NCBI RefSeq assembly: GCF_011745625.1
Contig: NW_027191455.1
Span: 620,001-684,000, forward strand
DNA from: Cladosporium halotolerans
Taxonomy: Eukaryota
Direction: 5' to 3'
DNA length: 64,000 nucleotides
Shown here in pieces: positions 47,801-57,599 of this stretch (within the stretch, counting starts at the first letter, position 1; each line of letters opens with the position of its first letter). The position numbers and the translations under genes are program-made. The notes beneath the pieces were generated by a model, which was not told where the DNA came from, ran no database searches, and saw only the letters and a list, made by a program, of their open reading frames with translations.

Positions 47801-48022
47801 TTTTTGATGGAGGTGAGGGAGGAGCTGGGGAGGAGGGGCATGCTGGGCACGAGGGCTATTGTTGTTGAGGCGGATGGGGGGTGGAGGCCGAGGGCTGAGG
47901 AGAAGGGGACGGGGGTTAGGAGTGCGAGTTTGGAGAGGGAGGAGGCTGGTGTGGAGGGGCTTGATGTGAAGGGGAAGGGGAAGGGGAAGGGGAGGGTCGT
48001 GGAGGTTATTGAGCTTGATTGA
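44855..48022 (+). CDS. SP-RING (MIZ) zinc-finger protein with two AT-hooks, putative SUMO E3/Zmiz-like
   Basis: PLFDPF..PVRGAACLHRECFDLETFL..WRCPIC; RRPRGRPRG and KRRGRPPK; C-terminal SIM-like VVEVIELD. Confidence 0.88.
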   Translation: MVGHTHAFSPKRRRTDDGERTAQQVAETNATLQMFASRGHRPWMQDLSNTARREEGAMQDRQTSSHGNVTVLQNAAVGKNIMAHGTNRELNADMNPTAARGPPSPALAEQTRFDTGSSLVQHESPYGVESPTPRSSATIPSSTARPAPATVPSPAFGGNGSGPPGNAILVDDGPGVAPPRPSHAPTRRPRGRPRGSSVGSGVPRNTVPVQTPLAGSTFPAKRRGRPPKNSVLAHAANNTRTQSSLQVTIPSNSATASPLPPANPSAPTPTSFLARAASRNSSISNTPVAGRSPQQNMQTISPQLLQGSSSLFDTARMQQRLEDFFRGSDPYLNEFDHGRKVLLQEAVRKGDMFYLVLNQVFCLYSCNPTDVPASLMGTLTLSSWTTLEQLLCSNRVVTPFVLRWFSEFPATIQVVNASNESLTFRHQLTNVNTFLLELPCRWDPLITHCRQRLAPPLTQELVEQLNMTSPVLQTTVFRAIARIIWGQKNDAGYRILEELHEVDQRTYNVQGWRRTEAEKRAAAQWFSALYASWRQRYANPNNPPGAFIPPPVCGNFHRPPQGMRAGEPQSVQQQSVPSTANQRQRMEPNQNTRQQQSVNDSMAITSQVQTPGAIVYPNAHIAPAVNTSSGYQQSLHQPVINPNPPTMYATGYAPPPHPTHHAARSAMPQLSAPNLRRLLPPENSMPRPLPVQPDTARVSLHQAHLRSPIPGRKTLMPGEQPLYRHVVGFALGPVTLPAQTMQFTASWTQMDSIPTSTPGLLPGEPPIRLLKEGSTLYRLRCAKRPADGDFTSDSSWLTAENTWPDTLAFQLNGHFLEPRRKLHHGRYLPIDITPHLRPGENTLNVYVLPNPHDKTPYALAIETVGVSSHSTITSRIPTLPAAQSLAAIKRSLSNPTDSPSSDEDFIMTSSTLTIPLFDPFRADRICATPVRGAACLHRECFDLETFLSQCRREEPGYPCVPDCWRCPICKGDVRPQTLVKDGFLMEVREELGRRGMLGTRAIVVEADGGWRPRAEEKGTGVRSASLEREEAGVEGLDVKGKGKGKGRVVEVIELD

Positions 48023-48534
48023 GGGGTTGCGGCGGGTTGTTTTGGATTTTTTTCCTTTTTTTCTTTTCTTTCCTCTCCCTTGCAGAAGATTCCCCTGGCT
48101 TCTATGTTTTATTAGCTTCCTGCATTCTAGCGAAGCGAAGGCGTTTGTTTGGGATCCTGGATGGCATGGCATTATCACGATAATATCCGGTATGGCTGTA
48201 ACATAGGTACTCAAAAGTATGGTTCAGTGTGCCAGAAGAAATCTGTACGAAGAGTCTGTGAGAACCTTGATCCAAAGCGGATCGATTGCGTTGCGTGTGC
48301 TTTGTCAATCACGATTTATTCTCTCATACACACGGAAGCCTCCCTGTCATCTCGCCAGACGCCTTGCAATACAATCAAAACCGCCTCCCAAACCCCCAAA
48401 CAAAACAACAGCACAACGCTCTCCCCAACACCCAAAAAGGCACCAACTCAAAGACCCCCACCGCCATCACCTTCCCCTTGACTCCCTTCTCTTTCCTCCT
48501 GTCGCTTCTCTTTCCCTTCTCCCCCTCCCCAACC

Positions 48535-50914
48535 TCAAACCTGCAGCCCACTCCCGCCCCTCCCGCCGACCTCCTCAATCCCAAACCCAAACACAAGCCT
48601 GTACAAATCCCGCATCCAAACCCACTGCTCGTTCCTGCCCAGCCACTTGACGCTCCTCGCCGCCTCCGCGGCCCCCAACCGCCTGACGGCCCAGCCGCCC
48701 GCGCCCGCCATGCTCTTGTCGTTGACGACCAGCTTCTGGTAGATGGCCCACACCTTGCGCTGCCAGGGGGCGGCGCCGAAGCTCGCGGCGCTGCGCGCCT
48801 GCACGTGCGCGGGGAGCGGGGAGGGCGACGAGCGCGTGTAGCCTGTGTGCAGGATCGCGGCGCCGAGGAGCAGGTAGCGCAGGCGCGTGAGGTGGGTTTC
48901 GTCGGTGGTTTTGCTGGCGGTCGCGGTGGAGGAGGTGCGTTGGCTGGAGGCGGATTCGCTGTACCCGGAGAGCACGCTGGCGTTGCTGGACCAGCGGTCG
49001 TGGTGGGGCGCGGGGCCGCGGAGGGAGGCGGGGTTGCTGCTTGTGCTGGAGGTTGCGCTGGAAGAGGGGGGCGCGGGGCCGAGGACGAGGATGTTGGGGA
49101 TCGCGATGCTGTCTGTTGGGGAGGAGGCGGTTGTTGTGGCGTCGTCGAAGATGGTTGTGGGGGTTTCCGGGGGCAGGGAGGCGGCGGCGTCGTGGTATTG
49201 TCTGTTGCTGAGGCTGGAGGAGCTGCGCTCGGTGGAGCCGCGGGTGGAGGTTTTGGAGGAGTGGAAGGGGAAGGTGGTTTGAGAGGGGCGCGGGGTGCCG
49301 CGTTCGGGGCGGATTTGCGCCCAGCCTTCGCGGAAGAGGTCGCAGAGGTCCCAGCAGGCTTGCACGGCGGAGCCAAGGAGCTCCTCGTCGGGGAGTTGGC
49401 CCTCGCGTTTGGATTGTCGGAGGTTGAAGAGCATTTCTGCGAGGGCCCAGCAGGCGCGGAGTAGAGCGTCGGTTTCTTGTGGGAGGGATGTTGGGAGCTT
49501 TACCAATCGGTGGCAGAGAGTGATATAGAAGTCTAAAGTCCGCTCGTTGAAGGCATCTGGTAGGCTACGGTCGTGGGTGTTGTATAGGTGATTGTTGAGC
49601 TCGAAGCTGACCCTCAAGACAGAATCGGATGCCTCGTCGGTTTTCTCCCGGGCGTCGAATAGTGACTGACAGAAGTCTCGACAAAGCTCCAATGTTGGTG
49701 TTGTTTGAGAGGCGTGGTCTTCGTCTCGTGCATTGTAGAGCTGCTGGCATAGCCTCCAGCAACTGAGCCAAGCAGATTCTTGCTGCTCTTGTCTTCCAGC
49801 TACTTGGAATGTACGTTTTCGGTGTGTAGATGACAGATTCGCCAACGTATTACATAGTGTCCAAATCTCGCTCAGAGCAGTGCGCAGATTCGAGACTTGC
49901 TGTTCGCGGGCGGAGGGAGATTTCTGCGCTGAGTCCGAGGATCCATCTCCGACGGGACCAGCAGTACTCGGTCGATCCGGTTCGTCGTCATCTCTGCCCA
50001 TTGACTCGGGGATGTCTTCAGAGCAGTCAGTATGAGCACCGGCAAGCAGAGAGAGATTTCTTGTACCCTCGAGGCTCGACATCCTGCGGCTCCGTCGCTT
50101 TTCACTATCATCATCCAAGTCGTTGCGAGTCTGCGCTCGAGGAGTGGACCTGTCCACGTATGGAGGGACGTCGGTGTTCACAGGAGACAGGCTGGCGGGT
50201 CGCTGAAATGCTTGTCAGCCGTACCTAACACTTTAAAGTCCTGGTAGTTGTGCTCACCTTCTTGCTGGGGCTTTGAGCGGCTTCGGGCGTAGTAGGCGAC
50301 TGCAAAAGAGGAGCTGGTTGATCGGTCTCCGACAATGGACGGCTTGTCTTTCCGTCGCGGAAGTCTTTGAAACCTGTTGGAACATGGATGACCGACTGCG
50401 GTGCTTCTTCCTGGGAATCGGAGCGTGTGTGGTTGGGTAGCTGTGTAATGATCTTTTGAGGGCGCTCCTAAGAGGATTGTGAGCATTCTGAAATGAACCA
50501 AGTCTCCGTTCAAGCAGACATACACTTGAAGCACTTTGCGGGCTGCTGATCTCTACATCTGGTGATTTGACTTCTGCAGCGGTGGTAGACGCTGGTGACT
50601 TCACTTCCGAGTCATCCTGGGCATCTTCCTCTATCTCCGTGCTCTCAGTGCCGTTTGAATCTACAGGCGAGGGCTCAATCTGAGTGGGATACGGGCTCGG
50701 CGGTGGTGCCAGCGAATCTGTAGGTCCAGAGGATCTTGCACCTGGCGTCAGCATTACACGGACGGGGCTCTCTCAATTGACCTCTTCGATACCTATTAGA
50801 ATTATTGTTGAAAGAAGTGAACGGTGCCGGCGAGTTTGGAGAGTCCGTGTACGGCGAGAAGGCGGACGTGAGTCCACCAGTTGGGGAAGGCATCAGAGGG
50901 CTCTTCAAAGCCAT
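48535..50914 (-). CDS. Conserved fungal hypothetical protein (possibly DUF7624 family); introns 50735-50792, 50468-50523, 50203-50257
   Basis: Three introns with canonical donors and branch sites join MALKSPLMP.. to the 548-codon ORF in frame. Conserved-looking helical block EIWTLCNTLA..RVSFELNNHLY..QACWDLCDLFREGW. Confidence 0.8.
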
Positions 50915-52175
50915 GACGGCTGGCTTCCTGACTGGAGGGCGCAACTGCGGTAGAACAATGGGATGTGCCAACGCGATCCAACAAAAGCTACTGGTGCCGC
51001 ATAGCAATGGCGAAGATCCCCAGGCAGACAATCGGTTAGCCTCAACGGAAGTAGAGACGGCAATCCAGAGCTCGTGAGGTCGCGAATCGGATCAGAACAT
51101 CTCAGCCGCCAGACGCGCACAGCGGTGGAGCTGCCTTCTTTCAGCCGCACCGGTCAGTCCACTGTCGTCCAGCGCAGTGTCGTCTGCCGCTGCACTGGCA
51201 AAGTCAATGAGGTGTGAGGAACGAAACGAAAGACCGCCGCGGTCACCACCAACACGTCGAGGACGTGACCAGGCAGGTAAGGGAAGTTATCTTCACGCAT
51301 GCCCGTGCGCGAGCTGGGTCGGCAGGCAGGACAGGGCAGGACGAGGGGCGATGTGAGATGTCTGCAACGCGCTCGTCCCGCCAGCACGCGATGCCGAACA
51401 CGGCCAAGGGCAGCATCCTTCGACTGCAACAGCGCTCGCTTGCTGCGTGTCCAGCTCTGCGGCCGCAGCCCGGTGCCGCGATAGCACGCAGCGCCCGCTC
51501 GCTCGCATGCCTTGCCGTCGTCGGCAGCCTCGGGCGGAATCCTCACCGGTCGCAGTCGGCCAGTCACGACGGCGAGTGCGATTGACAGCACGCCGGACGA
51601 GCTCTCGTTTGCCGCGAAACGCACCGCTGCCCTGCTGCAGATGCCTGCGTCTAAGCGCCGGTGGCGCTGGAGGGGCGTGCCAAGACCTGTTGGACTGCTC
51701 CACCTGCCTCTCTGCCGGTGGCTACTCGAGGAGTTGAACAGAATAGACATTTTCGGCACCATACTTCTACAACGACAGCAGCCAGTGCATCTGGCACTCG
51801 ACGGACAAGTGCTGACGGAGACGCGAATGGCTTTCGCCCTCTGCTCCGTCTCCGCGGACCCTCTGGCCGCAGACTCCATGTGACACCTACTTACTTTGTG
51901 ATGCTACACACCATTGAAGCTCCATCGGCCCGCGGGTGCATGTGCCTGGCGCCGCAGCCTGGCGTGCGCGTAAGGCGGGATGATATATCGCCGAGTAGAG
52001 CTCGAGCGGCCAAGCCATGCGAACCAACGCGAACACAACGCAGCCACCAACTCACGAGGCGCTGAAACAACTCATACAATTTGTGAACGTGGCTCATATA
52101 CTTTGTCTTCGTTACTGCCACCAACTTTGCCTGATTCCTTCCATGCGCCGGCCGGCGACATTTTGCATTCCACCA

Positions 52176-54193
52176 CTAGTAGGTGTACCGGAACTTGTCC
52201 TATTGGAAAACATTAGCAGGAGACACTTTGTCAGGCGGAGCTCGCAGCCTTACGGTAGAATCGACGCCAGGAACGGGCTCGATGATCTTCTCTCCCTTGG
52301 CCTGCTTCTTGTTGCAGAAGAAAAAGTACGTGTCCGTCACCATAACGATCAAAACAATGATCAGGGACCCCGTCATGCAAGCCCAAAGACCCGGCTTATA
52401 ACCCGGCGCATCCTGCTGCCTACATCACCCAAATCGTCAGCCAAAAAAATTCACCTCCCTCACCAGCCACGCAATTTGCAAACCGAAAGACTCACCTAAA
52501 CACCAAACTGCCCGCAATGCCGCCAATGCCACCAAACGCCACGAGCGTCGCGCTGCAGAACGCGCGCTTCCACTGCCCGCGGATGTTGTTCGCCTGCCAG
52601 CTCATCATGTGCGGGATGTTGGAGTTCGCGCCCGCGCACGTGAAGAAAACGCCGGCGTACTGCGACGCGACTCCGGGAGCCCAGCCCATCATCGCCAGCC
52701 CGATGATCGTCAGCACCGCCAGGCTGGCGATGATGGGGCCGCGGATCCGGTACTTGTCCGCCACCCAGGCGGTCGAGAACATGATTATGCCGGCGAAGGC
52801 GTCTGAGAATTATCAAGGTTAGTATAGTATGGGGTGAGCTTTTGTACGGGAGTTGAATGGACTCACATGGTGGCGCGACGAGGCACTGCGCTTCGCCTGT
52901 GGTGAAGCCCATACCGTCTTTCTGTAAGTTCTAGTCAGTCTCGTGGCTTCCGGTCGCGTCCCGAAGAGCGGGCGGACTCTTGATCCGAGAGGAACATACT
53001 GCAAAACGTCAGCGATGCGTCTTCAAAATCAAGGGACGACAAGATCCATACCCAAAATCTGCGGCAAAAAGTACGCCAGCGCGTACGAAACCGTCGTCAG
53101 ACAACAGAAGCAGACCGCGAAACCCCACACCTTCAAATCCAGACCCGGTTTCAAGAACTTGACAAGATTGAACGGCTCGACAGCGACATCCGAGCGATCC
53201 GCATTGACGCGCGCGACGACGAAGTCGACCTCCCGCTTGTTCAGGAACCCCCACGACTTCTCCGGGTTGGCGTCCGGGAACGGCACGAGCATGATGTAGC
53301 CCATGATACCGACGCAAACTGTGATGACGCCTTCGATGATGAAGATCCAGCTGGCGGGGGGCGTTAGTATGCTCGTGGTGGAATCAGGGGTTGGATGATT
53401 CAGACGTACCGCCATCCTCCCAGGCCGGCCAAGCCGTTCATCTGCATCAGGCCGAAGGCGAGGATGCCGCTGAAAGCTGACGCGACGACGCCGAGGAGGT
53501 AGAAGACTGAGTAGCGCTTGCCCATGTCGTAGCGGACGTACCAGGTCGAGAGGAGGTACACGCATCCCTGGTGGAGTCAGCGGTTAGGTCTGCACATATT
53601 CGGAGGTCGTGCAGGCGATGGCAATACTCACAGGGAAGAAACCAGCTTCGAACAAACCCAGGATCACACGGCACGCGGCGAGGGCTCCCCAGTTGTTGGT
53701 GAAGCCCATGCCAATCATCACGGCTCCCCAGCCGATACAGAGACCAGCAAGGAAGTAGCGTGGACCGATCTTGCGAGTGAGGACCGTCGCCGGAGGTTGG
53801 AAAACGATGTATGTGATGAAGAAGACCAGAGTGACGATGGACTGCGGTCGAAGCGTGTCAGTGCGTGCCGGTTGCTCATTTCCCGCTGCGAAAATTACTC
53901 ACATATCTCATTCCCACGGTCAGCTCCAGCTCCGTGTTCATGCCCGCAATAGCAGCATTGCTCAAGTTGGAGCGATCCATGAGCGAGACGCAGTACATGA
54001 CTCCGACGACCGTAACCAGGCGCCTGTCGAGACGGTGGATGATCTTCTTCTGCTCCGCCGGCGTGAAGTAGTTCAGAGCGTCCTCCTCCAACGACCGCTT
54101 CTCGTCGTCGCTCTGCTGCCCGTTCTCGTAGTGAAACACATCCTGCGCCTTGTTGTCGTTGTCCGCAGCGACGTGCGGCTCCATGTTCGTCAT
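52176..54193 (-). CDS. MFS anion:cation symporter (Dal5/Tna1/phthalate-transporter-like); introns 53842-53902, 53568-53631, 53351-53409, 52922-53052 (twin intron), 52803-52866, 52420-52495, 52200-52253
   Basis: KKIIHRLDRRL..DRSNLSNAAIAG; EAGFFPG; GWRWIFIIEG; WQANNIRGQWKRA; C-terminal FRYTY*. Every splice junction was checked for frame. Confidence 0.92.
52922..53052 (-). other. [D1,2] spliceosomal twin intron (stwintron): internal intron 52999-53051 nested between nt 1 and 2 of the external donor
   Basis: Minus strand reads ATT TTG | G [GTATGG..GCTGAC..TTGCAG] TATGTT..ACTGAC..TTACAG | AAA GAC GGT ATG. Confidence 0.85.
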
Positions 54194-55929
54194 GTTGGCG
54201 ACGTTATCTCGCAGCCGCGCAATGCCGGCTCTGTGTCCCAAAGCAGAAGATTCGATTCAGGTAGATAAGGCAGGAGGGGGGCATGGACCAACTCAAGGCC
54301 TGAAGAAGAAAAAGGAAGAAACCGTTGAGGATGGAAAGAACGGACTCCACCCGTTCCCAGACCCGACGTCTTTGTAGAAGACCACGTCCGACCTCCCGCG
54401 GCCTCGAAAGTGAAATGCAAGGCCCTCCGCCTCCATCTAATTGCCTCGGCCTCCCTCCCCATCCCCAGGCCAAAGACCCATATTCCAAGACGCTTCTCCG
54501 CGTAATGCGCTCTTGGCCCTGCGGCGTCCAAGATTTTGCCGAAAGCGATCCGCCGCGCGCGTATCGGGCTTCGACAGGGAATGCAGGTGTCTCTGCGCGG
54601 GAGCGAAGGGTCGCTGCTTACCGTCCCCGCCCAGGCCGCGGCCTGGGGGGGTGGGTGACGAGGAGACGCACGGTTGGGGTGTGGAATTTGGGGGATTTTG
54701 CGGAGGGGGACCCAGTTTCTCCACGTTACATCCTGGTGGCAAGCGGCTTGGCTGCGGGCTTGGTATTTGTGCGAAGGGCGGTAGATTCGGAGACGGTTTG
54801 TCGAAGGTTGTTGGTTTTGGGGGGACGAGAAGAGAACGGAGAGAGAGAGGGCCAAGGGCGCTCGGAAGGGGAAGTTGGACGGTTTTTCTGGTCGCGATGC
54901 CGAATGAACTCTAAAAAGATGCCTCGGGAGGCGTTTCGTGAGGCTCTCGCGGAGGGGGCGTTGTTTGAGTTGGCGGGCTTGAGACAGGATCGCCGCGCAA
55001 CGTGGTTTAGAGTGGAGGCGAACGGGCGCAGACACCTGCAGACGGCGTCGGGGGATTTGCCTCGGTCGGTGTAAGTGGCGGCGGTTGGATCGTCATGTGA
55101 GGTTTTTGGGTTGTCTTGGGATCCACCGGACGACGTTTTGTGTATTCATCCACAGTGCGCCACGAAAGTTTAAGGTGTCCCTGGTTGCTGTTGATTCGCC
55201 CCAATTATCGTATGTCTATTTCGCGGGAGATACTTATACCCGCTTCAGGACCGGAGAAATTTGATTTGCTTGTGGACCAAGCCACCATTGAGACTCACCT
55301 CGGCCGGCGGTGTCGGGCGAGACTACGAGAACACGACTGAGATGCATAGAGCCCTACGCGACGTAAGACGCATCAAGGCGCCATTTTAGTCCGCATCTGT
55401 CTCGCCAGGTGGAGCACCTTGATTGAAGAACCGATCCGAGCACCCTTTTGGTCCGCTCACCTATGAAAGGCAACCCAGGACCTCTCAATGCTCCCTCACG
55501 CTCTCTGGTTGTCATGAATCACAGAACCGGCGGATTGGTAACGGAAATAGATCTTGTTGTGCAATGTTCAATCCAACTAGCGGGATTCAGGTACGAGAAT
55601 CAATGCAGTAAAGATTCGAATGCTTGTTTCATGCGGAGAAGTCGCTGCGGTGCAATGTATCCGCCCCACAAGAGCTTTTGTGGTGAGACGCAGGCGGTGG
55701 AGGCGTGACATCTCTCAGGCATGAACGGCGGCAAACATGCATAGGCCTCGGTCTTGATTCGGCAATAACAAGGCTCGGGCTTGTTTCATTTCAGTGATGA
55801 TGGTTGACATTATTTGATTCCTGTGCTCATCGTGGGGTATCTCAGCTAATTCATCATTCTCTTCATGCTTCGTAAGTCGTGTAGAAACCGCGTTCCAGAC
55901 AGCAATGGAGTGCGCGAGTGCTTGTGCGA

Positions 55930-56858
55930 TCAGGTGATCCATCTCTGCCCTTCTCTGTCATACCCAACCACGTCGAGATCGATGTTGAGAGACCGTAGCA
56001 TCATGTCCATAGTGAATGACTGCACATCGTTAGCATGAGTCCAAATGAGGCCAAAAGCTTCATACATACATCGTCGTCACTTCCAATCTGCTGCCAGACT
56101 TGCTTTGAACCCGCAGGTTCCTCTCCGACCGGCTCATCAACATCCGCAGCATCCATAGCTTCCTGTTTGATGCGCCTTTTCTCCTTCTTCCTATACTCTT
56201 GCTCCTCCTCAGGCAGCTCCTCGCCCTGGCTGTCAAACTCGCAGTCCGCATCGTCTTCCACTTCAGGTTCCGCGAATTCCCCAATCCCATTGGCCCGCTC
56301 GTACTTTTGCTTCTCACTCTCACGCCAGGCTTCTACACCGCCCATGCGGTTGACACGCTCCTTTACGGAACCAAAGAGCTCTTCAGCGGCTCCCTGGCAC
56401 GCGAGCCTCCACTTCAGCGCTAATGCTTCCAGCTCGCTGTCGGCGTCTGAATCTGCGTACTTGCTCGCTTGGTTGAGGGTATCGATATCGTTGCGAACGG
56501 ACTTGATCTGCAGCTCGAGAGACGTTATAGCCTTCTGCGCTGCTTGCTCGGCTGGATCTGAGCGTCGTGGAGTGATATACGCCTGTCGCCGGACAGGATT
56601 CGGCCGTGACGGAGTGATGGCCGACGACGGTCTACTTGGAGCATTGCTACGAGCTACGGTGGAAAGCGTCGGCTTCACGGTGTGCGCGAGCGTGCTGGGA
56701 ACATAGGGCGGATTGCGTGTTTCGGTCAAGGCGCTGCGCCGGTCTCTGGGCGGCGTCCTAGTGACGTCGGCGGTCTTGAGAGGCGAGACGAAAGGTTTAC
56801 TGAGCGTGCTTGAAGCGTGGTTCAGCCTGCGCCGCTTGGCTGTGGATGGCGACGCCAT
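55930..56858 (-). CDS. SFR1: Swi5-dependent recombination protein Sfr1/Mei5; intron 56020-56069
   Basis: AKRRRL..TLSKPFVSPL; LEALALKWRLACQGAAEELF; spliced end FTMDMMLRSLNIDLDVVGYD...W. Confidence 0.88.
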
Positions 56859-57599
56859 GATGCGCTCGGTGGAAGGTGAGATTGTGAGCTCATGTTTGAC
56901 GGGCGGTCGACGAAAGACCCTTGGACGCGCTGACGAGACGCGACGAAGTCGATGGCATTGGGTCTTGGCACCCACGGCACCTCCCCTCACCTCCTTCCTT
57001 CCTCGCTATCGTCCCTTCGGACTTCACACGGATGTTCTCATCAGCGTTAATGCTCCGTATCATCTTCGCGACGAAAGAAAAATCTGCTGTCGACTAAGTG
57101 ACCTTGGTTCCAAATAAATCGGCAGGGTAAGCCTCTCAATACTCGAAAGTATGGCCCAGCATTCGCCATCGTTGGTGTTTCGCCTGAGCAGGACGACATT
57201 CAATCTTCACGGTCATGTCGACTACAGCCTCTTCGCACGCTCAGATGTGATGACTACAATTGCATTGCAATGGAAACTGGAGAAATTCAAGACTCTTGCG
57301 CAGTGCAAGACGGTCACCACGCATTAGAACATACTCCACCAGCAACACAGCACTATCCACCCGTTCTAGGTGAGGCGATAAGGTTTGCTTTGTCCCAATT
57401 TCAAGACCTGCCTTTCAGATGTCTTTGTTCGTTTGCTCTGCAGTCCGTTTTGGGCTGGCTTCCGGATGCGATGCTCTGAATCAATGAACAAAGCGCCTTG
57501 AACGAAGGTAATATCACGGTGAATCTCTTCTGTAATCTAACTTTGACATAACACTTCGTCACTACGAATTCGAATCGATCGCTATCGACGTTCGCCAAA

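Noticed and set aside
52922..53051. Frameshifted (pseudogene) or micro-exon interpretation of the MFS gene
   Set aside because: Single-intron and micro-exon models break the frame, while two complete sets of splice signals restore it exactly through the twin-intron route.
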